A DNA stretch of 64,000 nt from Flavobacteriaceae bacterium (GTDB taxonomy: Bacteria; Bacteroidota; Bacteroidia; Flavobacteriales; Flavobacteriaceae): contig CBFIFD010000007.1 of assembly GCA_965661835.1 (NCBI GenBank), positions 9,075 through 73,074 on the forward strand, written 5' to 3'. The position numbers and the translations under genes are program-made. The number at the start of each line of letters is the position of its first letter. The stretch's first letter is position 1. The notes beneath the pieces were generated by a model. It was not told the DNA's origin and did no database searches. It saw only the letters and a list, made by a program, of their open reading frames with translations. Below, one piece after another: positions 47,703-56,837 of the stretch.

Positions 47703-48068
47703 ATGGATTATGAATTTTGTCTGAGTTTGGGATACTGTGCGTTTATGTTGCTCCTGTTTTTGATATTTCGGGCTGTTCCTCCCAAAAAAATCAATCACTT
47801 CTATGGCTACAGAACAAGCCGTTCTATGGCTAACGAAACGGTATGGCAAGACGCCAACAACTACTCAATGAATCTAGGTGTTCAGATCGGTCTTTGGAGT
47901 ATGTTATTGCCTTTATTTTATTACTTTATTTGGCCGGAGCAACTCTTTTTGGCCACGGTAATCACCCACTGTGCAGCGTTGATTCTCATTGTCGTGGGCA
48001 CAGAACGTTATCTTAATCAGCGTTATGATAACAAGGGACAACCAAAAAACTTAACCCCAAAAGACTAG
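47703..48068 (+). CDS. SdpI/YhfL-like small membrane protein
   Basis: 121 aa with 3-4 hydrophobic segments. NHFYGYRTSRSM....W motif typical of the SdpI family. Confidence 0.5.
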   Translation: MDYEFCLSLGYCAFMLLLFLIFRAVPPKKINHFYGYRTSRSMANETVWQDANNYSMNLGVQIGLWSMLLPLFYYFIWPEQLFLATVITHCAALILIVVGTERYLNQRYDNKGQPKNLTPKD

Positions 48069-48102
48069 ATTCCTTACCTTTGTGAGCCAATGATGGCTTG
48101 AT

Positions 48103-48960
48103 ATGATTTACTCAATGACAGGGTTCGGTAAAAGTGTACGTACACTTCCGGGCAAAAAAATAACAATAGAAATCAAATCTCTTAACAGCAAGGGATTGGA
48201 TCTCAATGCGCGCATGCCCAATGCATTGAGGGAGAAAGAACTCGTCATGCGAGATCGAATAGCCAAAGCCCTAAAGCGAGGTAAGATTGATCTATCGGTG
48301 TATGTGGAATCAACGGGGGCAGAGCACTCTGCGCAATTAAATACTCCTGTAATTCAGGCCTATATGGCCCAACTAGAAACCCTAGCTCAGGGCGCTGAGA
48401 TCGAGCACTTGCAAATGGCCTTACGTCTTCCCGAGAGCATTCAAACTGAACGCGAAAGCATCGACGATCAAACCGCCGAGGAACTCTTCAAGGGTATTGA
48501 TGAATCCTTAGCCTCCTTACAGGAATTTCGGGCCTCAGAAGGCGCTGTATTGTCTGAAGACTTTCGAGCGCGAGTAACTTTGATAAGAGCGCTATTAGAC
48601 AAGGTTAAAACACAAGATAAGCATAGGATTCCCCAAGTTCGTGAGCGTCTGCGCAAAGCAGTCCAGGAACTTGAGCAAAACGTCGACCAAAATAGATATG
48701 AACAAGAGCTAGTTTATTATCTCGAAAAGTACGACATCACAGAGGAAACGGTGCGCTTGAGCAATCATTTGGACTATTTTATAAGTACCATGGATTCGAG
48801 TGAGTCCAACGGTAAAAAACTGGGATTCATAACCCAAGAAATCGGCAGAGAAATCAACACCATTGGTTCCAAGGCTAATGATGCTGAGCTACAACAACTC
48901 GTGGTTCAAATGAAAGACGAACTTGAGAAAATTAAAGAACAAGTTTTAAACGTATTATAA
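48103..48960 (+). CDS. YicC/YloC family protein (stress-induced endoribonuclease family)
   Basis: 285 aa. SMTGFG N-terminus and C-terminal EIGREINTIGSKAND motif. Confidence 0.85.
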   Translation: MIYSMTGFGKSVRTLPGKKITIEIKSLNSKGLDLNARMPNALREKELVMRDRIAKALKRGKIDLSVYVESTGAEHSAQLNTPVIQAYMAQLETLAQGAEIEHLQMALRLPESIQTERESIDDQTAEELFKGIDESLASLQEFRASEGAVLSEDFRARVTLIRALLDKVKTQDKHRIPQVRERLRKAVQELEQNVDQNRYEQELVYYLEKYDITEETVRLSNHLDYFISTMDSSESNGKKLGFITQEIGREINTIGSKANDAELQQLVVQMKDELEKIKEQVLNVL

Positions 48961-49532
48961 TGCCTAATCGTGGCAAACTCATCGTATTTTCTGCCCCCTC
49001 AGGCGCTGGTAAAACTACTATTGTTCGGGCGCTTTTAAATAAGCCTGAGCTCAATTTAGCCTTCAGCATTTCTGCAACCTCAAGGCCGCCGCGCGGTAAC
49101 GAGGTCGACGGTAAAGACTATTATTTTATGAGTTCTGAAGCATTTGCCACTGCGATTAAAAATGACGATTTTCTGGAATGGGAAGAAGTCTACTCGGGTC
49201 AATATTATGGCACTTTGCGTTCAGAAGTTGAGCGATTGCGCAATGACGGAAAAAATGTAGTTTTTGATATCGATGTTCAGGGGGGTATCTCGATTAAAGA
49301 CGATTTCAAAACTGATGTTCTATCGATATTTGTTCAGCCCCTTAGTATGGCAGTACTTGCTGATCGATTAAGGGCCCGAGCTACAGAAAGTGATGAAAAA
49401 ATAAACTTACGCCTCGATAAAGCCCATCAAGAATTAGCGCAGGCTCAAGCCTTTGACCACATCTTAATCAATGATGATCTGAACCTAGCGATCAATCAAG
49501 CCAAAGAATTAATCTCAAACCATATCGCTTAG
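48960..49532 (+). CDS. gmk: Guanylate kinase
   Basis: 190 aa. SAPSGAGKTT P-loop, and TSRPPRGNEVDGKDYYF. Its ATG shares one base with the yicC stop (TAATG). Confidence 0.9.
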   Translation: MPNRGKLIVFSAPSGAGKTTIVRALLNKPELNLAFSISATSRPPRGNEVDGKDYYFMSSEAFATAIKNDDFLEWEEVYSGQYYGTLRSEVERLRNDGKNVVFDIDVQGGISIKDDFKTDVLSIFVQPLSMAVLADRLRARATESDEKINLRLDKAHQELAQAQAFDHILINDDLNLAINQAKELISNHIA

Positions 49533-49537
49533 GTACC

Positions 49538-50140
49538 ATGGGGCAGAACAAAACTATTGGACTTTATTTTGGTACATTCAATCCGATACACATCGGACAT
49601 TTAAATATTGCCCATTACTTTGCCCATCACAGTAATCTCGACCAAGTCTGGCTGGTTGTTACGCCACAAAACCCACTTAAGACTAAAAAAAGTCTTTTGG
49701 CCGACTATCATCGTGCAGCATTGGTTGACATTGCCGTTGAGGAGTATCCAAGACTCAAAACATCACGTGTTGAATTTGATTTGCCTCAGCCTAATTATAC
49801 AGTCAACACATTGGCGGTATTACAAGAACAACATCCCAATAACACTTTTGCTTTGATTATGGGCCAGGACAACTTAAGAAGTTTACACAAATGGAAAAAT
49901 TATGAGTGGCTTCTCAAAAACATCCCAATACTGGTTTATCCCAGAATCCTAACTCCAGATTCAGGTGAACCTGCGGTTAAATTTCAAGGCGAGATCACAG
50001 AAGTAAAGGCGCCTATTTTTGAATTATCCTCTACATTCATTCGCAAAGGCATCCAGGATGGATTAGACGTGAGACCCATGCTTCCTGAACGGGTGTGGCA
50101 TTATATTGATGAAATGAATTTCTATAAAAAAAACCGCTGA
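49538..50140 (+). CDS. nadD: Nicotinate-nucleotide adenylyltransferase
   Basis: 200 aa. GTFNPIHIGH (HxGH) motif and SSTFIR (ISST-type) motif. Confidence 0.9.
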   Translation: MGQNKTIGLYFGTFNPIHIGHLNIAHYFAHHSNLDQVWLVVTPQNPLKTKKSLLADYHRAALVDIAVEEYPRLKTSRVEFDLPQPNYTVNTLAVLQEQHPNNTFALIMGQDNLRSLHKWKNYEWLLKNIPILVYPRILTPDSGEPAVKFQGEITEVKAPIFELSSTFIRKGIQDGLDVRPMLPERVWHYIDEMNFYKKNR

Positions 50141-50163
50141 GCCTTCAACAATACTCAGCGGTT
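50132..50163 (+). terminator. Possible terminator hairpin overlapping the nadD stop
   Basis: 10-bp perfect stem AACCGCTGAG/CTCAGCGGTT with a 12-nt loop. The trailing T-tract is weak (TTTAAC). Confidence 0.35.
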
Positions 50164-50347
50164 TAACTAACTAAAATAACTAACCAAAAAATTACATCAA
50201 TATAGCGCTTGAATGCTTCGAGAACCCTATATCATTACTTTAAACGACTGTATTCTAAGCAAAGTATAGCGTGAATCATAATCTCTTGTTAAAGTTTATT
50301 TTGCTCCATAACACTCATGGGTTTTAAGGATTCATTAAATTAGTACC

Positions 50348-51367
50348 ATGAAGCAACCCGCACAAAAAGCCACGTTTGACTTTGGGGTCATTGGCGGTGG
50401 AAGTTGGGCGACAGCCCTAGTAAAAATGCTCTGCGAAACCCAAACCCAAGTAGGATGGTATATGCGCAATACCCAAGCTATTGAGCATATAAAAAAAGAA
50501 GAACACAATCCAAATTATTTAAGCTCTGTTGCCTTTGATGTATCACAAATATGGTTGAGCGATCAACTAGACGATATCCTTTCACATGCCAAGGTTGTTA
50601 TTTTAGTGGTCCCGTCGGCCTTTCTTGTCAGCGAGCTCGAAAATATGAACGGTTCTTTCGATGGAACACTGGTGTTCTCTGCCATTAAAGGTATTGTTCC
50701 AGAAAGTAATTTAATCGTTGGGGCGCACCTGAACAAATATTATGATATTCCGATGAGCTCAATAGGCGTAATCACTGGGCCTTGTCATGCCGAAGAAGTG
50801 GCTCTAGAACGATTGTCCTATCTGACGATTGCCTGTGCCCACACACCTAATGCTGAGCTGATGGCCAAGGCACTAAGTAGTCGTTATATAAAATGTTCCA
50901 TCAGCGATGATATCATTGGGACGGAGTACGCCGCGGTTCTAAAAAATATCTATGCTTTAGCGGCCGGTATTGCACATGGTCTGGGCTATGGAGACAACTT
51001 CCAAAGCGTTTTGATGAGTAATGCTATTCGAGAAATGAAGCGTTATGTTAAAAAAGTTCACAGAATAAAACGCAACATTAATGGGTCAGCCTACCTGGGC
51101 GATCTGCTCGTCACAGGATATTCGGTCTTTAGCCGGAACAGAATGTTTGGAACGATGATTGGAAAAGGGTACACAGTAAAAAGCGCAATCCTTGAAATGA
51201 AGATGGTCGCTGAAGGTTATTACGCCACAAAAAGCGCCTACGAATTGAATGTCAATAAAGGCAAAAAACAAGCAAAAACACCCATAATTAACGCCGTTTA
51301 TCAGATACTCTACCTCGGAAAATCTCCTGAGAAGGTGTTTTCGGCTTTGACCGAGAAGCTCGATTAA
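50348..51367 (+). CDS. gpsA: NAD(P)H-dependent glycerol-3-phosphate dehydrogenase
   Basis: 339 aa. GGGSWATAL dinucleotide-binding motif and family-typical length. Confidence 0.9.
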   Translation: MKQPAQKATFDFGVIGGGSWATALVKMLCETQTQVGWYMRNTQAIEHIKKEEHNPNYLSSVAFDVSQIWLSDQLDDILSHAKVVILVVPSAFLVSELENMNGSFDGTLVFSAIKGIVPESNLIVGAHLNKYYDIPMSSIGVITGPCHAEEVALERLSYLTIACAHTPNAELMAKALSSRYIKCSISDDIIGTEYAAVLKNIYALAAGIAHGLGYGDNFQSVLMSNAIREMKRYVKKVHRIKRNINGSAYLGDLLVTGYSVFSRNRMFGTMIGKGYTVKSAILEMKMVAEGYYATKSAYELNVNKGKKQAKTPIINAVYQILYLGKSPEKVFSALTEKLD

Positions 51368-52387
51368 TTAAAAACTGCTTTTGAATTGTTCCAAAAAGCG
51401 CAAGTCATTCTCGCTGAGTAATCGTATGTCAGGGATTTGATGCAGTAATAAAGCGATTCGATCGATGCCCATTCCAAAAGCAAATCCAGAATAAACATCA
51501 GGATCAATTCCGCAGTTCTTAAGGACATTAGGGTCTACCATTCCGCACCCCATAATTTCTAACCAACCTGTCCCTTTAGTCATTTTGTAATCCGTCTCAG
51601 TTTCTAAACCCCAGTATACGTCGACCTCAGCGCTCGGTTCTGTAAAGGGAAAATACGACGGTCTTAACCGAATCTTTGACGTGCCAAAAAGCTCAGTTGT
51701 AAAATGTGCCAGGGTCTGCTTGAGATCCGCAAAGCTCACATCTTTATCGACGTACAGACCTTCAATCTGGTGAAAAAAGCAATGAGAACGGGCAGAAATT
51801 GCTTCGTTTCGATACACACGTCCCGGTGATATCGTTCGGATCGGTGGTTTGTGCTCTTCCATATACCGAACCTGAACCGACGAAGTGTGCGTACGCAATA
51901 GAATATCTGGATTTGTTTGAATAAAAAAGGTATCTTGCATATCCCGTGCAGGGTGGTATTCTGGTAAGTTCAGCGCCGTAAAATTATGCCAGTCATCTTC
52001 AATTTCAGGCCCCTCGGAAACATTAAATCCGATGCGAGAAAAAATATCGATTATTCTGTTTTTAACCAGAGATATGGGGTGCCGCGCACCCAGTTTTGTC
52101 GGTAAACCAGGGCGGGTTAAATCTCCGTAAACGCCTTTGGCAGTTTCATTTTGAGCCAATGCTGCTTTACAATCGTTGACCCGCTGTTCTGCCGCATTTT
52201 TCAATGCATTGACCGCTTGTCCAAATGCCTTTTTCTGATCAGGAGGAACTTGTTTAAACCCCGCAAAAAATTCGTTCAAAAGTCCCTTTTTGCCTAAATA
52301 GGTGATGCGAAAGGCCTCGATTTCTTCCTGAGTTTGTCCCTGAAATTCAGCGACTTTAGCAATGTGTTCATTTATTTTATCGATCAT
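51368..52387 (-). CDS. pheS: Phenylalanine--tRNA ligase alpha subunit
   Basis: 339 aa. Class II motifs including LRPSYFPFTEPSAEVD and GFAFGMGIDR. It abuts the gpsA stop with no gap. Confidence 0.95.
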   Translation of the reverse strand: MIDKINEHIAKVAEFQGQTQEEIEAFRITYLGKKGLLNEFFAGFKQVPPDQKKAFGQAVNALKNAAEQRVNDCKAALAQNETAKGVYGDLTRPGLPTKLGARHPISLVKNRIIDIFSRIGFNVSEGPEIEDDWHNFTALNLPEYHPARDMQDTFFIQTNPDILLRTHTSSVQVRYMEEHKPPIRTISPGRVYRNEAISARSHCFFHQIEGLYVDKDVSFADLKQTLAHFTTELFGTSKIRLRPSYFPFTEPSAEVDVYWGLETETDYKMTKGTGWLEIMGCGMVDPNVLKNCGIDPDVYSGFAFGMGIDRIALLLHQIPDIRLLSENDLRFLEQFKSSF

Positions 52388-52432
52388 CGATAAGGGTATT
52401 TGAAGGCGTAAAAATAGGGATTTTATCCCGAA

Positions 52433-52825
52433 TTAGTCGATGAACTTTTGAGCCAAAAAATACTGAACTAGAGCTTCTTTCATAAGCACAGCTTGCTCAC
52501 CAGCTTTAAGTGCTGGTAAGGGTTCAATATTTTTATAATGCGGCCATCCTTGATCATCCACAAAATCGAAACTGTAATAGCCGTAGGGTTCGAGTAATTT
52601 ACAAATGGCTATGTGCATGAGATTAATCTTTTCATCCTTCTTAAATTTTTTGTGAATTTGACCTAACTCTTGTACCCCGACTAAATATATTATGGCGTCC
52701 AAATCCAGGGGTTCGCCATCGGCAAACTGAGTGCTCAATCGCTCAACCAAACAATCCCAGCGCTCTTTTAAAAGGACATCTCGTGACATAGAGCAAAAAT
52801 AAGTTGAATAATCCTCATTTACCAA
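52433..52825 (-). CDS. Hypothetical protein
   Basis: 130-aa ORF. An internal ATG at 52789 (MSRDVLLKERW...) would leave more room for the divergent promoters. No recognisable motif. Confidence 0.4.
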   Translation of the reverse strand: MVNEDYSTYFCSMSRDVLLKERWDCLVERLSTQFADGEPLDLDAIIYLVGVQELGQIHKKFKKDEKINLMHIAICKLLEPYGYYSFDFVDDQGWPHYKNIEPLPALKAGEQAVLMKEALVQYFLAQKFID

Positions 52826-52856
52826 GAAATCCTATCTTTACCGAGAAGCTTAAGTC

Positions 52857-53390
52857 ATGCATTTATTTGACCTTTTATTATTTACTTTACTTGTCCTTGG
52901 CTTTATATGGGGGTTGCGTAAAGGCCTCATTCAAACACTCGCTTCGCTCTTAGCCCTTGTCCTCGGAGTTTACGTAGCATTGACCTTTACCGGCGCGACT
53001 GCCCAGCTATTGACTCAGTGGTTTGATTGGCCCAAGAAAAACACAGATTGGATAGCCTTTATCGTTTTGTTTATCTTAACGGTAGTGATTGTAGTAACTC
53101 TAGGCAAATGGGTTACAAAACTTGCGGGCTTAGTCGCATTAGGTTGGATTAATCGCCTACTCGGTGGGCTGCTCTACACCGCGCAAACTGCCTTAATTTT
53201 GAGCTATGTACTTTGGTTTTTTGCCCAAATACAACTCGACGATTACGTGTTGCCCGAACAGACCAAAACAGAAGCCAAAAGCTATGAAGCGCTCGCGAAA
53301 TTTGCCCCTTCAGTCACACCTACGTTACAAGAATTTTGGTCACGTCATCGCCATAGTGAGCCAGAAGGTTCTAACTCGGATCAACTCTAA
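52857..53390 (+). CDS. CvpA family membrane protein
   Basis: 177 aa. Four hydrophobic segments with a family-typical N-terminus (DLLLFTLLVLGFIWGLRKGLI). Confidence 0.7.
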   Translation: MHLFDLLLFTLLVLGFIWGLRKGLIQTLASLLALVLGVYVALTFTGATAQLLTQWFDWPKKNTDWIAFIVLFILTVVIVVTLGKWVTKLAGLVALGWINRLLGGLLYTAQTALILSYVLWFFAQIQLDDYVLPEQTKTEAKSYEALAKFAPSVTPTLQEFWSRHRHSEPEGSNSDQL

Positions 53391-53399
53391 AGATTCGTT

Positions 53400-54170
53400 C
53401 TAGAGTGACCTGATCTCTTGGGCAAGCACCCACCCGCGGCGTCCGTCGGCCAGTTCTATTTCTTGCCATTCGTCTTGAGTTTGTAACAGTCTCAATTTAG
53501 TGCCTGCGTGCAATTGAAAAAGGGCCTCATCACTCATCCGAGGTCCAGAACGTACGTTCATTTCTTGTTGAAAAACGATGGCCCAGCGATAATCTTCATC
53601 GTATGCCTGGGTTTTATTCCCCAGATAGATTGAGGCCATAAACATCATTACTGAAGCCACGGCTAAAACAAAGCTAAATCGTTTAGCAATAGGCGATTGC
53701 ACCCATTGAAATCTCAATACAGCAAAGACAAAAAGACCCGTAAACAACAGGCCCAACCACGCCCAAGTATTCAAGGAAAGTAAATGCCCTGAGGCCTCAT
53801 CCCACCGTTGAAACAAGGTTTTAGGCTGTTTTTGAATAATGTCAATTAATGCATTTTGGACATAAGCTCTATTGGCATTAATTTCTGGGTCGTCAGGATC
53901 GAGTTCAAGTGCTTTTTCGTAATAGTAAATACTTGAGGCCAAATCATTCAAATGGTAAAAGGCGTTGGCCATATTGTAATACACGGCGCTGCTGTGCACC
54001 CCTGACTCTAACACAGCTTCCCAGCGCATAATGGCCTCTTTGTATTGTTCGTTTTTGTAGCGCTGGTTACCTTGGTCAAACCAATTGTCTGCTTGAGCTT
54101 GACCCATTGAATTTTGGGGTATAAAAAATATCAGAATCACTAACCAATAATAAAGTATGCTCGCCCTCAT
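53400..54170 (-). CDS. batE: BatE-like TPR + TM + SH3-domain protein
   Basis: 256 aa. Signal/TM, TPR repeats (YNMANAFYHL.., YYEKALELDPDD), an internal TM pair, and a C-terminal SH3b-like end (WQEIELADGRRGWV). It is the last gene of the Bat operon. Confidence 0.7.
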   Translation of the reverse strand: MRASILYYWLVILIFFIPQNSMGQAQADNWFDQGNQRYKNEQYKEAIMRWEAVLESGVHSSAVYYNMANAFYHLNDLASSIYYYEKALELDPDDPEINANRAYVQNALIDIIQKQPKTLFQRWDEASGHLLSLNTWAWLGLLFTGLFVFAVLRFQWVQSPIAKRFSFVLAVASVMMFMASIYLGNKTQAYDEDYRWAIVFQQEMNVRSGPRMSDEALFQLHAGTKLRLLQTQDEWQEIELADGRRGWVLAQEIRSL

Positions 54171-55942
54171 CTTTTTGTGTTATTAATCATGGTAATGACC
54201 TCCTCTGCCTCGCCAAAGTCACTTTGTACCTCCATGGCTGTAAACGGAGCATATCGCGCTTGCTCACATCGTTCAACTAGCTTTATCAATCGCTCAATTG
54301 CTTGAGTCTCTACTTGGCGCTGGCTCATCATAGTCCTTATATTTTCCTTGGACAATCCTGAAGTCTCAATGCTGAGTTGGGCTTTTAAAAACAAATGCAA
54401 GGACCGCTCTAATGCGGCGTAAAAAGCCGAAGGATTACCCTGCTCTGCTTTGGCCTGACTCAGATATTTAGCGATTAAGCGTTTGCGCTTGCGTAGGTCT
54501 CTCGCCAGAGTATCGCCGAGATAGCGGCTTCTCAAAGCCCCAATAATCATCAATAATGGCAGTATGGCCAATACGCCCAAAATCCAGTACCAATACGCCC
54601 AAGTGCCAAACCATGGCTCAATGTTAATCGGGCGCCAATCAGACTTTAACTTAATGTATCCAAAGCGTTCTGTGTCGACTTTTGTAGGTTGCGTTACTTG
54701 ACTGTCCGAACTTTGTGCTAAAGATTCCTGTATTGGACCACTGATTACATTGACCACCTGGTCTTGTGTGTTTTTGGTGATGTATTGCTCGAGTGATGGA
54801 TCAAAATAAGAAAAACTCAATGCGGGTAATGGGTATGATCCTTGATTTTGGGGCACAAGGGTGTAAACTTCAGAAACAGATCCACGCATGCCACTTGATC
54901 GGGTGTTTATCTTGTCCTTTCGTGTGGGTTCGTAGGCTTCAAAAGACTTAGGGAATTGAGGCTTGGGCAGTTCAAATAATTTTAAATTACCCGCGCCACG
55001 CACCGTGACACTGTATTCTAGAGATTCTTGAGCATCGAGCTCAGATCGAGAAACAGCACTGTCAAAATCAAAAGAACCAACGGCTCCCGTAAAATCTTCC
55101 GGGCGATTTTCCGAAGGCAGGGGTTTGACATTAATGGTGCGGCGACCCGCAGAAATCGTTTTGTTGACACGGGTGGTCATAAAACGACCAAAAAAGTCTC
55201 TTCGGTTCGAGCGCACGTCAATAGGTACGTCTAAGGTTAGCGGTTCGATGCTAAGTTTTCCTGTCTTTTGCGGATATAGCACCGTGGTGCGCAAGACTAC
55301 ATAGCGATAGTCCTCGCCTCGGTATTGTCCGTCGTAAATTTGTAATTGGCCCTTTTGGTCTAAAGTTTGACTCCAAAAATCAGCGTATTTTGGTGAATCA
55401 ATCTCACGCCAGTTGCTGGTAATGCTTACCTGATTAGAGACATATAACTTATACACCACGGTAATGGCCTCATTTAAATATGGTTTTGTGTTCGATACCT
55501 CCGCCACCAAATGGACATTTTCACTCGCCAAATAATCTGCACTATTGGCGTCAGTGGGTATGTCAACAGCCTCAGTAACAATAACCTCTACGGGTAAAGA
55601 TTTGTAGAGTGCTCCGTCTATATCGATTACTGCTTGCCCAATGGTGATGGCTCCTTTGCGCTGTGGCGCCAAGAAAAAACTATAGGTCTTGGAGTAGGTT
55701 CGCTTACCGTTAATCCATGAATTGCTGATGGATTGATTTGGTCCGCCTAATACGCGAAACCCCTCAAAACTAGGGGGCTGAAAATTATCCCCATCCTGAT
55801 TCATTTCAAAATCAATGCGAAGACGTTCGTTCAGGCCCAGCTTCTTTTTACTGACTTTTGCCACGAATTCTACCTGAGCCTCGAGGCCAAATGGTGCCAT
55901 GAGGAGAAAAGCATAGAAGACCCATTTTATCATCACGCGCAT
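54167..55942 (-). CDS. batD: BatD-like (oxygen-tolerance family) membrane protein
   Basis: 591 aa. Signal peptide, large periplasmic beta-rich region, one TM (WAYWYWILGVLAILPLLMIIGAL) and a helical cytoplasmic tail. ATGA overlap with batE. Confidence 0.75.
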   Translation of the reverse strand: MRVMIKWVFYAFLLMAPFGLEAQVEFVAKVSKKKLGLNERLRIDFEMNQDGDNFQPPSFEGFRVLGGPNQSISNSWINGKRTYSKTYSFFLAPQRKGAITIGQAVIDIDGALYKSLPVEVIVTEAVDIPTDANSADYLASENVHLVAEVSNTKPYLNEAITVVYKLYVSNQVSITSNWREIDSPKYADFWSQTLDQKGQLQIYDGQYRGEDYRYVVLRTTVLYPQKTGKLSIEPLTLDVPIDVRSNRRDFFGRFMTTRVNKTISAGRRTINVKPLPSENRPEDFTGAVGSFDFDSAVSRSELDAQESLEYSVTVRGAGNLKLFELPKPQFPKSFEAYEPTRKDKINTRSSGMRGSVSEVYTLVPQNQGSYPLPALSFSYFDPSLEQYITKNTQDQVVNVISGPIQESLAQSSDSQVTQPTKVDTERFGYIKLKSDWRPINIEPWFGTWAYWYWILGVLAILPLLMIIGALRSRYLGDTLARDLRKRKRLIAKYLSQAKAEQGNPSAFYAALERSLHLFLKAQLSIETSGLSKENIRTMMSQRQVETQAIERLIKLVERCEQARYAPFTAMEVQSDFGEAEEVITMINNTKR

Positions 55943-55943
55943 C

Positions 55944-56837
55944 TTACCAGTCTTTTGAACGTTTTACTTTGGCCCCCTTGGCCTTTTGTAAATTCATTTT
56001 ATCCTGCACTTTTTGCTCCTCGTTATTCATGGCCTCTAGCAAGTTTTTAATTTGCTGCGGAGACATTTGACCAGGTTTAGGCTGCTGAGGATTTTGCTTG
56101 TCTTTTTGATCATTGGGCTCTTGATTGTTCTCTGGCTTATCCCCTTTTTGGTTCTCAGGGTCCTTTTGATCCTCACCCTGGTCCTGCTGGTCTTGATTGT
56201 CCTGGTTCTCTTGATTTTCGTCGTTTTGATTGGGATCGTCTTGATTCTCCCCGCCTTGATCTTGCTGATCTTGCTGGTTCTGATCCTCCTTTTCTTCTTG
56301 ATCTTTCTTGTCGTCCTTGTTTTCGTCGGGAGGAGGTGGGTTTTTATCCAAAAGATCCTGGGCAACCGCTAGATTATAACGACTCTCATCGTCTTGCGGA
56401 TTACTGCGTAAAGCTTCCTTGTAAGCCTCTACCGCTTCTTGATACATTTTCTCTTTCATAAATGTATTGCCTAGATTATGAAACGCCCGATGCCTCTGCG
56501 GGTATGATTCTGCATTACTAGCCGCTTGTTTAAACCGAAAAAGGGCTTCCTTATTTTGACCCCGCAGGTGATATTCATTACCCAGGTTGAAGGCCCCGTT
56601 CTCACGCTCTCCGAGAGCCAAAGCCTTTCGATAATCAGCCTCAGCCTCAGCAAAAGAACCCTCAGACAAATGTGTGGCTCCGCTAGAGAGCGCAATTTGC
56701 GCTTCGGGCACCACGGACTTCTGCGCAGTAGACTCATCTTGCGCGTTTAGGTCGGCAAGAAAAAGCACACAGCAAAACCACATGGCTAACAAAATGAACG
56801 GTCTTGTCATCATTCTAGTCGTCATCACTTTGTTCAT
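55944..56837 (-). CDS. batC: BatC-like TPR protein with long acidic/Gln/Asn-rich tail
   Basis: 297 aa with an ambiguous start (Met codons at 56837, 56825, 56813, 56810). TPR repeats, then a low-complexity stretch of about 100 aa (DENKDDKKDQEEKEDQNQQDQQDQGGENQDDPNQ...). Confidence 0.7.
   Translation of the reverse strand: MNKVMTTRMMTRPFILLAMWFCCVLFLADLNAQDESTAQKSVVPEAQIALSSGATHLSEGSFAEAEADYRKALALGERENGAFNLGNEYHLRGQNKEALFRFKQAASNAESYPQRHRAFHNLGNTFMKEKMYQEAVEAYKEALRSNPQDDESRYNLAVAQDLLDKNPPPPDENKDDKKDQEEKEDQNQQDQQDQGGENQDDPNQNDENQENQDNQDQQDQGEDQKDPENQKGDKPENNQEPNDQKDKQNPQQPKPGQMSPQQIKNLLEAMNNEEQKVQDKMNLQKAKGAKVKRSKDW
56045..56345. repeat. Cryptic hexamer-type low-complexity DNA (GATCAA/GACCAG-like units) encoding the BatC D/E/Q/N/K tail
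   Basis: Repeated CTTGAT/CTGGTC-like units are visible on the + strand. Long shadow ORFs appear in other frames and strands (56036..56365, 56052..56372). Confidence 0.6.

Noticed and set aside
56036-56372. Two ORFs of about 107 aa on both strands (Lys/Arg/Thr-rich and Leu/Val/Ile-rich) inside batC.
   Set aside because: They are artefacts of the low-complexity repeat DNA encoding the BatC acidic tail. Their composition is just the frame-shifted or complemented repeat.
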